In this document: positions 1 through 12,339 of the stretch, in pieces | Position numbering within the stretch: position 1 is the first letter of the stretch | How the letters are laid out: each line of letters begins with the position of its first letter | Assembly (NCBI RefSeq): GCF_009914755.1 | Contig: NC_060937.1 | Length of the DNA stretch: 64,000 nucleotides | From: the human T2T-CHM13v2.0 reference genome, Homo sapiens | Strand: one strand, 5' to 3' | Notes under the pieces: model-generated | Database searches by the model: none | What the model was told of the DNA's origin: nothing | What the model saw: the letters and a program-made list of their open reading frames with translations, nothing else | Program-made: the position numbers and the translations under genes

Positions 1-560
1 TTTCCAACAGCCAATATTCTGGCAAGATGTTTGAAGCAAGTGTGAGTCTAGTTTAAATGATCTTTCTTCAGCTTTGTGACACTTTATTTGTTTTCTTTTC
101 TCGATTCTCTTTGTTCTCTTTCTCTGGAACTACTATTATATGGATGTCCAAAATGAGTCTAGCTTCCATGAGAAAGCTTCTCATGCTATTTCACTCTTTT
201 TCCTTTTTGACTGCCTTCTGGGGGAACTCCTTTGGCACTATTACTAGTTAGCTTTCTAATTCAATTTTAGCTAAGTGCATTCTACTATTCACCTATCTAT
301 GATTTTGTTTTAAAAATCAAGCAATAATTTTTCTCATTTTAATTACTTTGATTATTCCTTTCTAAATGGCAGTGTTTCTCAGGATGCCAAGTTTTATCAA
401 ATTTCATTGTAGATACTCACCATAATTACTTAATTTTTAAAAAATTGGTTATGTGCTTGTTGAATATAGTAATTCTGTTTAGTACATTTAGTTATTTTAT
501 AACTTTGCTTTCCTAAAATACTTAGAGATTCATGATATAATTCATTTTGTACATAAGTGT
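1..560 (-). mobile_element. Ancient L1M (L1ME/MD-like) 5'/ORF1-region fragment
   Basis: T-rich antisense-L1 composition with the motif 'ttctctggaactactattatatggatgt', typical of old L1M. Boundaries approximate. Confidence 0.4.
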
Positions 561-813
561 CTATGTTATTCGTTTAGTTAGGTTGAATATTTATTATAAG
601 CTCCAGTTAAAATTACGTTTATCCAGCAGAAAAAAAATTTTCTAAGTTAGTAGTTATGTTACTTCTCTGTACTTAAAGTTGTTTGTCTTCTAACTTTAAA
701 AAAAATGAGATTTGGCATAAAATTTTCTGTGATATTAGATTCTTCAAAGTACCAGTCTTTGCTGAAAAGTACCAGTACTTTTTAAATTGCTATTCAATAA
801 AAGAAGCCTGGTT

Positions 814-821
814 TCTCTCTC

Positions 822-856
<35 letters not shown>

Positions 857-878
857 TGTGCATGTGCGTGTGTGTGTA
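814..878. repeat. Compound (CT)n(GT)n microsatellite
   Basis: Directly visible. Confidence 0.95.
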
Positions 879-1209
879 TACATGTGTGGTGGTAATATGT
901 CCTCTAGAATGGAGATTTCTAGTGTCTGATTTTGTTTATAAACTACTTGTGGCCATACCCTGACTTTCTAGCTCATGCACTTCATTTATTATTTCCTAGT
1001 CAATCAGAAAACTCAGTTCTATTTGGAGAACTTGATGTCAATATTTACCTGAGGAAATTCTGACATTTGTCACCATGAAGTGGTAGATATTTTCTTAATT
1101 TATATCTCTAGATGATAGCCATGATTCATTCATTTTCCTAACCATCACTGCTTCTGGTCAGTAGTAATTCTGGATTCTCGATATACTCTTCATGGTTTCT
1201 CTCTATTGG

Positions 1210-1213
<4 letters not shown>

Positions 1214-1282
<69 letters not shown>
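1214..1282. repeat. Compound (CT)n(AT)n microsatellite
   Basis: Directly visible. Confidence 0.95.
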
Positions 1283-1284
<2 letters not shown>

Positions 1285-1857
1285 TTGGATATCTTTGGGG
1301 GTCTATCCGCTTTGTGTGACCCAGGAATCTTCCCCTCTTCTGGTCAACTGAAGGTACCCTTCCAGGATTTCCAGTTCTGCTATTGCTAATTTCTATTTCT
1401 TACATATCTTTAATAATTTCAAAAAGATTTTTGCTAGAGTAGAAGAAATTCATGTGTTTATCAATCTTGGTAAATGGAACTATACTTGATCTATATTTTT
1501 ACCTAGTACATATTTCCTTTAGTGATAATAATAGTTTTAACAAGTTCTGATAATACAAACTTTTTCTCAACATTTCTTAAATGGCTTAAATTACTGCAAA
1601 GATATTTCACCTCATATGACTCTGGCTAAAATACTTATTATTCACTCCACTATGGGAATCCTTCTAAGGTTGACTTTGGTTTTCTTAGACTTCTTTATAA
1701 AAGGGGTTGGGAGAGATACTAGACGGCAAATAAAATGTGGGGACTTTTTTTACTCATAAATGATCCTGAGATTGTCTCGCTCCATCATTGTTGGCCTATG
1801 CTATATTGGGCAAGTTACCAAGCTCTCTGTGCTTCTATTTGGCCATTGACTTAGATC

Positions 1858-2022
1858 AAGCGATGCTCTTCAAAATTTAGCATGACTATTAATCATCTGG
1901 ATAAATTGTTAAAATGCAGATTTTGATTTGTAGATCTGAGATATAGCCTGATCATCTGGATTTCTAGTAAGCAACCAGGTCTTGCTGGTATTGTTCTGTG
2001 GGGCACAACTTGAGTAGCAAAG
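1858..2022. mobile_element. MER5A1-like hAT-Charlie MITE
   Basis: 'ttgttaaaatgcagattttgatttgtagatctg...gcacaacttgagtagcaa' matches the MER5A1 core and terminus as I recall it. Confidence 0.65.
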
Positions 2023-2202
2023 ATCTAAGAAATAAGAAGGAACTGAAAATAAATGCATTCTATTTATTTCAAGCTATATATATGCCAATTAAATTGACCA
2101 CCTGATAGTATACAAAGAGTGCATTAGAATCAGTGACCCTAATTTCTCATCTGCCCATGCTCTCTCTTCTGTTCTCAGGGCAAGATAATCTCATACGATA
2201 GA

Positions 2203-2566
2203 TGATATGGTCTGACTCTGTGTCCCCACCTAAATCTCATCTTGAATTGTAATCCCCACGTGTTGGAGGAGGGACTCTGTGGGAGGTGATTAGATCATGG
2301 GGTGATTCCACATGCTGCTCTTGTGATAGTGAGTTCTCATGAGATCTAATGGTTTTACAAGGGGCTTTTGCCCCCTTCACTCTTCACTTCTCCCTCCTGC
2401 TGCCTTGTGAAGAAGGTGCCTCGCTTCCCCTTCACCTTCTGCCATGAATTTAAGTTTCCTGAGGCCTCTCCAACAATGTGGAACTGTGAGTCAATTAAAC
2501 CTCTTTCCTTTACAAATATCCAGTCTTGGGCAGTTCTTTATAGCAGCATGAGAACAGACTAATACA
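2203..2566 (+). mobile_element. THE1D-like MaLR solo LTR
   Basis: Starts tgatatgg...tgtgtccccacc.aaatctcatcttgaattgtaatcc and ends agaacagactaataca; TG...CA termini, 364 bp. Confidence 0.9.
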
Positions 2567-3489
2567 GTAAATGTGACTGGTGATGAAGTAACATTAATGA
2601 TATATCTTGGAAGATAGTTTGATTTCAACTAGACTTCCATTATAATTATATTCCTCCTCACCCAAAGGAGATCAGCCTAGATCTTACAGTGATTCTTAGT
2701 GTGTCTTGGGAGAAAGCAGAAGGTACGTTATCATTGTCTTATCCCATTGTACTAATGTCAGACGAGAGGCCTGGATTTCTATGATTCTTTTCCCGCAAGA
2801 GGTTGTATTAAAGTAGGAACTTTACTGCCTATGGAGTTCTTACCTCTAAGGCCTCGCAGAAGGACAAGTGTCTTACTTCCTGTTGGCCCAGCAGCTTTAA
2901 CTTTCTAAGTGACAAGTTTCCCTTACCTTAAGCTACTTAATGGCCAATTTGGAGGTATTATCTATTTTGTGATCAAAGTACTTCTTGTTAGTAAACTGAC
3001 AGGATGTTTGTTCTCCTTTTTTCTTAAATCTCTTAACACCAAGGAACAACAAACAGAAAATTTGAGACATTCCATTTAAAACCCCATAACACTAAAGCCA
3101 TAATTTGGAGTTTATATATTTACTTCTATATTGATGTGTATTCTTAAGTAATTTTTAGGCTTGATTTTTTTATTCAGACATGAATTGTGAGTTCTTTTTT
3201 GCAGGGATTGTGTCATTGTATCTTTGGTACTACTTATATATTCAGTATGTTTTGTATACAGTAGTATTCATTTTGTATTTTTGACTGAATGAGTTTTAAA
3301 TTTCAGTTTAGTAAATATTTTTCAGTAACACTTCATTGCTTCCAAGGTACACAAATAATGACTAATAGTACCTGACAAATTGGGCATGGTGATGATTAGA
3401 TGATTAAATTATATTGATAGTTTTTCCCTAACCCTAAATGTCACAGAAAAACGTAGAGCATATTGTATGGTAATTGCTTCTACTACAGG

Positions 3490-3501
3490 TGTGTGCATGT
3501 A

Positions 3502-3549
<48 letters not shown>
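3490..3549. repeat. (TG)n(GA)n microsatellite
   Basis: Directly visible. Confidence 0.9.
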
Positions 3550-3550
<1 letters not shown>

Positions 3551-5474
3551 ATTCAAAAGCAGATAAAGTCTAGTGAGCTACAAGTAGCAGAGCTCTTGAA
3601 ATAACTCTTCCTAAATGATATATCCTGCTTAAAATGATGAAATAAAATTTAAAATGGAGCCTTCAGGTTTGTGGACACTTAAAGTGTGGTAATAAAAGCT
3701 AAAAGGTATCCAAGGTCATGGCAGTGAGAAGAAAGAAAAATAGCAGATAGCACACATGAAAATTACTTCAAGCAATAACATGAAATAAAAGAGAAGGTGA
3801 CATGTTTTTCATTGGGCAACATAAGAACCTACTAAATCCAGTAAAGTCCTTGAATCTTATCAAATTCACCTTTTTAAAAACGTACTCAGAATATTTCCAG
3901 ATCTCACATCCTATGATGACTCTTTCGAGAACACAAAAAAGTGGTTGTTAAAAAATGTCATTCATTTGGATAATTCTTTTTCTCAAGTCCTCCTCTACAT
4001 TTGATGGCCCCCAAGTAATTGTCATGAGCATCTCTTCTACTATCAAAATGTCACTACAATGGATGATAAATTGGATAAAAACCTACCCTTGGCATAAAGG
4101 GAAGATAAATAAACAGAATAGAATATAGACATATCTCTCACCATTAACACCCATATCTGTTTTGTGCTGATTTGGAGCATACTAAGCCAGAGTTGTCCGC
4201 ACTAATCTAAAGGGCAAGGCAAAGAAAAATGCAGTGACGCCAGACACATTGGGAACTATAATGTTTGCTGGAATATGTCCTTCAATGAAGGAGTCCTTGG
4301 TCAAATTCTCAGTTCCTGACTCATCAGCTTATTCCCTTAATAGCTTGGAGCCAATGATTCTTTCTGGAGCATGCGAAATCTGTCTATGGAGGTCAGTGCA
4401 AATGGAAGCATATGAGGAAATATACTCCCATGCCTTAATTTTTATTTTTTCTGGCTGAACATTTGTTCTTGTCTTAGAATCAGGAGAGCTAATATCACAG
4501 GAAGTAAAAGCTATTTCCTAGACTGGTGTGTTGCCCAATACCACATCCTGAAGTGCTGAGAAGAGAAAGAACAGCTGGGAAGGTAACAGTAACAGCTGCT
4601 GGAAACCTATTTCCATGATTTTTATGATCCAGATAGGAAATTGGGGATGTAAGAGCTGCATGGAGACTTACTCAATACAGGGACCATATTTTTAAAATAT
4701 CTCTATAATTTAATCCTTGGTACATTGCCCAGCACACATGAGAGGTGCTCAATAACTGTTACTGAATGTGAATTGATGATTTTATATTCATCAGCCTGAC
4801 ATTTCACTACCTGGAATAGCTAATGTGATTCCAAAAACATGGAATATTGTGTTGCACATGCTTTATTTGTTGTATAAACTCTAAGAACTCTCACTATTTA
4901 GATATTTACATCGTAAGAAAAATCTACATCTTCTCTGACCTCAGTATCCTTCAAGGTCAATCTCAAATCTATAAAAACATTTTCCTTTTACATTTTCTCA
5001 TTTTAAAATAATCTTTCATGTAAACTCATATTATAGGCCTTTTGAAAGCCTAAGCTAGTCATCTTCAGTGATTTCTTCCCATTTATATATTCAGTTAGTT
5101 CTGAAAGAATCGGCATCAGTCAGAATGATTTTTTTCTCATAGAAACACTTTACCTTGTTCACACTTATTATGTTTGTTTCATTGGCCCATCTATTGATAT
5201 AACTTTCATATATTTGTCAAGTAAGAAAATGATACTCATTAATCTATATTTCTCAGCTTAACTTTTATGATTTTTTTGAATTTGATTCATATTAGCAATT
5301 CCACAGTCCTATAGCATGTTAGAGGTGGATAATAAATTTTACCTCTTAGCCAAGAGTTTTATATTTACATATTTGTATTTTTCAACCTCCTTTCATGGAT
5401 ATCATACTGCTCTATGATAGAGTGAGCTTTATACTCAGTCATACTTTTTTCAACTTCTTTTTATTTTTCAACAC

Positions 5475-5613
5475 TTTTTCTTTTTTTTTCGTAGTGATAG
5501 GGTCTTGCTATGTTAGCCAAGCAGGCTGGTCTCCAATTACTGGCCTCACGCTATCCTCCTGCCTCCTTCTCCCAAAGTGTTGGAATTACAGACATGAGCC
5601 ACTGCATTCAGCC
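5475..5613 (-). mobile_element. Free left Alu monomer (FLAM-like)
   Basis: Poly-T followed by gggtcttgctatgtt...cccaaagtgttggaattacagacatgagccactg; single arm only. Confidence 0.8.
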
Positions 5614-8452
5614 TATTTTTAAAACCCTTAACAAATATTTAGGAATAAATATCTGTCAAATGTTTTTCTCAAGAAACACTAAGACATGAAGTTCAGTACC
5701 AGTCTGCACTAGCCTATTCTGCCCGTATTTCTCTTCATTTTTTAATGATACACATAAATGTCTGGCATACTAAATAGTTCAGTTATTCTTGTTTGTTGGT
5801 GGTCCTTCATCACTGGAATGTAAGGGCCATGTAGGCAGGGACATAAGACTGCTTTTTTTCATTGATTGTTATATATTATGTTCTAGAATCTAGAATAGTG
5901 TTTGATGTAAAATAGTCCCACAAGAAATATTTATTTAGTAAATAAAGTTTGTCTTTTTGTTACTTCTATTAATTTCTGAGCATGTCTTCTACATACTGAT
6001 CATTGAATGTCCCCTGCTACCTTTTTCCTGCTGATTAACTGATTTTTTTTAGTTTAGTTTTTATATTTGTCTGTCCTTCCAGCTGGTACTTTTCTCCCTT
6101 TTGAATATTTTATAGATTTTTCATAACTTATGTTATTAAAACAAAATTTAAAAGAGACTTGGAACAAAGGAAATAAATCATTATTTTATTTTGTCTTGTG
6201 TACAGTCAGCGTCTCATAAGATTCAGTAAGTCTGTAAGCCAAAAACTATTGCTCATTTCAGAAAGGAGCTACTCTGATTCCTGGAGTACAGTAGAAGAGT
6301 AGAGTGAAATAGCTGGAATATCAGCCACCAGCAATGGAATCACCACTAGACTTAACACGACAACCATGCCTTCTGCTTGAGAACTTCTATGCTTTTGTGT
6401 TTTGCAGTTTTATGTCTGGTTTGTAACATGTTTTTCAATCACTGCTGATAGTTTTAGACTGGTTATTTTCAGTTCAAGTATGTCACATAAAATGAAATCA
6501 TTTTTCTTAAACATTAACATCTATAAACTGGGGGAGATAATTAAAAAATAATGTACATAAATTCTCATGAATATTACAAAATTTTGACTTTTAATGCTTG
6601 GTCACTTTAAATGACAGAATTCAAAGTTGTAAAAAGAACTCCTTGACTTAATCCATTCAAAATCCTTTAAATTTAAATCACCAGGATCTAATCAAATTGG
6701 CTTCCTTGCAAATAACTTGAGTTAGCCACTTAAGATTCAGCAGGATTACACTAAACCCTTGATAAGGATTTATACTCCCAAAGCACAGCAAAGACAAATA
6801 GTTAGAGTTAGACAAATTTACATGCATACCCAGAAGTAACTGATCTTCAGGAGTATAAGCATGGGAAATAGATATTACTATTTGTTTCTTTGCCAGTTTG
6901 TCGCTATGTTTCTTCATTCAAGCCAGAATTGCATTGCTAAAGATTCCACTGTGGCAGGTGAAAAGATGAATGGAATTTGGTTCTCTTTTGTGAGCTCTAA
7001 GAGGAAAGAGAAAGGACACAGTAAAGCTTTTATTGATCCAACTCCAAATCCAGTGTGTCTAACTAGGAAATTGTTCATTCAGATGAAAGCCAAAAAGCAT
7101 CTCAGCCTTAATGTGGCTGAGACAGCAAAATCAATTCTGAACACAACAGCTCTGTTTAATAAATGTTCAAAGGAGAAAAAAGACCTTTATAAATTAATAA
7201 ATGATATTGAGAATAAGAGATATGTAGCTTATACCTTGTATCCCTTTTATGATATACCAAAAGTGAAATAAGTGCTTTTTTGCTGGTAAAATAAAAATGA
7301 CTATTTTCTTTACCCATTAAAAAGAAAATATTATCTTACTAAAACAGTGATTCTTTTACAATGGTTATTTTGAATATCACAATTAATTTATGCCTGTGGC
7401 CTAATCTTTCTTTCCAAAGACAGGATGGATTTATTCTCCCTATTAATCATATTTTATCCCATTTCTATAAATTATTCTTGTGCATATTTAAGAGTAAGTC
7501 TTCAGCAATGTTTGGGTTTTTATGGGCTGATAATTTTGCCTACTGCTAACTTCCAAAAAGAGCATAATGCAATATTTAAATGGTTTTTTATGACTCATTC
7601 TATGAGTATTTTAAAATGATTGATTGCATGATGTTATGAATAAAAAAATGCCAATAAACACATATTTCTTAATAGATTCCTTGGACAGTGGATCAGAGTT
7701 TGTTAGTAATTATCTAACTTCCATTATTAAAAATACACTGGCTCCAGATACTCGCGATATAGCTTGTTTCCATTGTATATCTCTTTGTTATTCATATATT
7801 GATAGATAAGATCTTGATTTAGTTCTTGTCAATCAATATAAGCCTTTGAAAATATATTTTTCTAATAATCACTCCTCATATTGAAAATGTCATCTTACCT
7901 TATTTATGTTTTCATAGTAATGTACTATATTCTCTGATATTCTTCATGCAATGTCTATTAGGGAATGGGGTAATCACAGAAAATCCTTTTCTGTATTAAT
8001 AATGAAATATGTACAGCTTGGTAAGTATTTCAGATTTCAGTATAAGGTAACCAATATCACTTAAATTTTTGTCAGATAATGGGTTTACCTATACTAGCTG
8101 GAACTTGTTTTATAGATGCAGGTGTCTTTTTTATTTCAATGAGTGAAGACTTACAGGCCAGATTCTGGAATGTTGTACCAATAAAAAAAATCATAATAAC
8201 TAATCAAAATGAAACACAGGCTTATATTGTATGCCATATTTATTTGCTTACTTGCATACAAATTTGAAAGAACAGATTATCTTGCCAGCTACTTAATCTA
8301 ATGGTGTGTGTAAAATCATCAATATAATTGGACTGCATCTGGATTATTCTGAAATGTACATCCTGTGATCATTATTACAGTTGAAAGAACTGATTTGATT
8401 GCTGTTACTTTGTTGAAGATTCTGTGGCCAGGTACAATTGTATTGTGAGTCA

Positions 8453-8679
8453 TTATAGGATGTAATTTTGTATTAATCTGTTAGGAAGTATGAAGTACAT
8501 GTATAAATTCATATTTCTAAAAAAATTATTTTTAATTTTGTGGGTACACAGTAGGTGTATATACTTATGGAATGTAATTTTATATTAATCTGTCAAGAAG
8601 TATGACATATATGTATAAATTCATTTTTCTAAAAAAAATTATTTTTAATTTTTGTGGATACACAGTGAGTGTATATATT
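8453..8679. repeat. ~112-bp tandem duplication spanning an L1 3' junction
   Basis: Two diverged copies of 'tgtaatttt.tattaatctgt..gaagtatga...tataaattcat...aattttgtgg.tacacagt..gtgtatata'. Confidence 0.9.
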
Positions 8680-10689
8680 TTTGGGGTGCATGAGATATTT
8701 TGATACAGGCATACAATGCATAATAATCGCATCAGGATAAAAGGGGTATCTATCACTTCAAGCATTTGTCTTTTGTGTTACAAACAATCTGATGATATTC
8801 TGTTAGTTATTTAAAAATATACAGTTAAATTATTGACTGTTATCACCCTGTTGTGTTATCAAATACTAGATCTTATTAATTCTTTCTAATTATTTTTTGT
8901 ACCCATTAACCATCCTTACTTTCCCTCTCCCCTTCACTACCTTTCCCATCCTCTGGTAACCGTCGTTCTGCTCTGTATCTCCATGAGTTTAATTGTTTTA
9001 ACTTTTAGACCCCATAAATATAAGTGAGAACATGCAAAGTTTGTCTTTCTGTGCCTGGCTTACTTCACTTAACATAATGACCTCCCGTTCCATCCATGTT
9101 CTTGCAAATGACAGGACCCATTCTTTTTATGGTTGAGTAGTACTCCATTATGTATATGTACCACATTTTCTGTATTCATTAGTCTGTTGATAGACACTTA
9201 GGTTGCTTCCAAATCTTGGTTATTGTGAATAGTGCTGCAATAAACATAAGGGTGTAGATATCTCTTCAAATATACAGATTTCCTTTCTTTTGGGTAGCCT
9301 GGCAGTGATGTTGCTGGATAATAGGTACCTCTATTTTTGAGTTTTTGGAAACTCCAAACTGTTCCTCATAGTGATTTTATTAATTTAGATTCCTCCCAAC
9401 AGTATCTGAAGGTTCCCTTTTCTTCACGTCCTTGGCAGCATTCATTATTGCCTGTCTTTTGGGAAAAAGCCATTGGAACTAGGGTGAAATCATATCTCAT
9501 TGTAGTTTTGATTTGCATTTCTCTGATGATCAGTGATGTTGAGCACATTTTTATATACCTGTTTTCCATTAGAATGTCTTCTTTTGAGAAATGTCTATTC
9601 AGATCGTTTGCCCATTTTTAAATTAGATTATTAGATTTTTTTCCTGTTGAGTTGTTTGAACTTGTTACATATTCTGGTTATTAATCTTTTGTCAGATGGG
9701 GAGTTTGCAAATATTTTCTCTTATTCTGTGGGTTGTCACTTCACTTCGCTGATTGTTTGCTGTGCAGAAGCTTTCTAACTTAATGTAAACCCACTTGTTC
9801 ATTTTTGCTTTGATTGTCTGTACTTGTGGGGTAATACTCAAAAAGTCCAGAAGAACTCTGAATTACCAGAGATTTGATCTCTCTTCTTACTTTCTCCTAA
9901 ACAAATAGAGTCTCTCCCTCTGTGCTGAGCTTCCTGGAGCTGGGGGAGGGATATAAAGTGCCACTGTGGCAACTGCCGCTGTGGCAACTGCCGCTGTGGC
10001 AACTGCCACTGGGACTGTGCTGGGACAGACCTGAACCCAGCACAGCACTGGGTCTCACCCAAGGCCTGTTGTAACTACTACCTGGCTACTGTCTATGTTC
10101 ACTCAAGGTCCCAGGATTCTACAATAAGCAGGTGACAAAGCCAGCCAGTCTTGTGTCTTTCCCTTCAGGGACAAGTTTTCCCCTGCCCTGGGTAGGTCCA
10201 GATATGCCATCTGGAAACCAGGGCCTGGAGTCAGAAACCTTAGGAACCTAACTCACGCTGTATTCTATTGTGGCTGACTTGGAATCCAAGCCACAAGACA
10301 AAGTCCTTCCCACTCTTCCCTCTCATTTCCACAAGCAGAGGAGTCTTTTCCCAGGGCCACCCACCACAGGCCCATAGGGAATACTGCCAGACTAACACTG
10401 ATGTTCACTCAAGGCCCAAGGGCATGAAAGTTACTAGGTGTGGGACTCACCCTTCTGGCCCAGGGCAGGTCCAGAAATGCCCTCCAAGAGCCAACACCCA
10501 GAATCGAGGACAACAAGTGCCTGCTTGGTGCTGTACCCCACTGTGGCCAACTCGTTACTTAAACTGATTTTTGTTTCTCATGAAGGTGCCTGTTTTGTGT
10601 AGATGGTTGTTAAATGTGGTGTTTCTGTAGGGAGGACAATCAGTGGAGGGTTCTGTTGGGCCATTTTGCTCCGCCTCATGCTCCCCACA
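8628..10689 (-). mobile_element. L1MA-type element, internally deleted (5'UTR fused to ORF2 3' end)
   Basis: L1MA 3'UTR and ORF2 tail to ~9840, then L1MA 5'UTR sequence. TSD tataaattcatttt at 8614-8627 and 10690-10703. Confidence 0.85.
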
Positions 10690-11134
10690 TATAAATTCAT
10701 TTTAAACTTCACATTTAAATATTGGCATTTTAATTTCAAAGTAAGTACTGTTTTGTTTCTTCACTTTCTACTTTATACTTCAGTTGTGAGTTCCTATGTC
10801 ACTGCTTGCACTGTTATTTGTTTATTTTTAAAAATTTCTGGTTTTGCTTTTGCTTCTACTTGGAACATCCCTTTACACTCTTTTGGGTTGTTACTTGCCA
10901 GTTTAGATGCTTTCTTACCCAGGAAATATTAAAGTTCTATACTAGAGCCTTGTACTTTATTAGCTGGAAATATTTGCATGTAGCAGATCATATTTAAATG
11001 ATACATCATTGTTCCTATTTCATTTATCCACTCCTCAAAGCCTGTGACTATTTTAATTAATATCATATATCAGTGCTTATAAACAAGGCCTGTCCATAAA
11101 TGTTGTTAGGAACTGTTTTACTTATTTTGTTTTT

Positions 11135-11770
11135 ATTCCTTAGTTTTAACATCTTTATTATAAAATCAAACACAAATACAGAAAGCCATACAAAACAAAT
11201 ATATAGCTTAATGAATTATATTATGTTGGGCACAATTGTAATTACCACCTAGGTTACAAAATCAGAAATGATACCAACCGACCAAAAACTCTTTCGCTTA
11301 CCCCACCTCAGTCACAAAACCCTCATTCTCTCCCAAACTAACAATTACAGTGATCACCTTTTTGTTTTTCTTTATATGTAGTCACATAACTATTCATTCT
11401 TAGACTTCATAGTTTACTCTTGCTAATTTTAATTTGTTATGTTTCTTAATCTACAGATTCCCCATTCATTTATTTCTTTTCTTATAAATTATTTGTTCAA
11501 GAACCTGGGCTGTTTGACCTACAATGTTTCCTATATTCTGGTTCTGTTGATTTTAAACGTTTACTTAGAGTATAGTTCAAAACGTTCTTCTCTTCTCTGC
11601 AAATTGGCATGTGAACCCAGAGGCTTGATCAGACTCAGATTTGAATGCTTTGGCAGGTTTATAGTTGATGGTGTATTTGTACATAATTTCTGGTTTTCAC
11701 ATTTTTGTTTTATGTGTTCAAAGTCATTGAGGCTCAATGCCAAGATTTGTTGATTTATCATAGGTTGAAA
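11135..11770 (-). mobile_element. Old L1MC/ME-type 3' fragments
   Basis: 'aagaacctgggctgtttgacctacaatgtttcctatattctgg' resembles the L1MC4/5 3'UTR. Confidence 0.45.
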
Positions 11771-12339
11771 AGATGATATCATTTTTATTTGATTAAAATA
11801 TGTAAAACTGCTTCTCTCTCTTTATATATTATTCATTGATACATTTCATATAAGAAAAGCAAAATGAATGCTCTATTTTCTTTTTCATGGTTTTCTAGGT
11901 AGTGAATTTGTTCTTTATCCTCCAAAATTGGCCAGGGAGATGTTTAAAATGATATTAATAGTTCTACAAATAACTACATATTTAATATTATCCACCAGTC
12001 TTTACATCAAAACACTCTTTTATTCATTATCTAAAGTTCATTTTCTAGTAGATACCTCAGAAAAATCTCATGTTTGCAATAGTTCCTGAAATCTTGCATG
12101 TTATAACAGATTTTCTGTACTCTTGTTCTTGATACTTAGCTTTTCAGCATATAAGTTCTTCACTTGCTTTTTCTTTGCTTTGCTATACTGATAGCTTACT
12201 CTGTGTTTTTCTGCTTTAAAGCTTTTCTAATGACCATCTTATTTTCTTCCTTTTATACTTCACTTTATCTTTTCCAATAGTTGATCAAATAATTTTTACT
12301 GTTTGCCTTAAAATCCAGTGATTTTATTAGAATATTTTT

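Noticed and set aside
6861-7271. 136-aa ORF in non-repeat DNA
   Set aside because: No recognisable domain, splice context or coding-like composition; such lengths arise by chance in 64 kb. A conservation check would be needed to revisit it.
9830-9850. Spliced L1 (SpIRE) explanation for the internal deletion
   Set aside because: Comparison with the related copy in this window shows microhomology and no evident GT/AG at the breakpoints.
9960-10010. 15-bp tandem repeat (gccgctgtggcaact)x3 with RFX-like half-sites
   Set aside because: Local slippage expansion within an L1 5'UTR; nothing else supports function.
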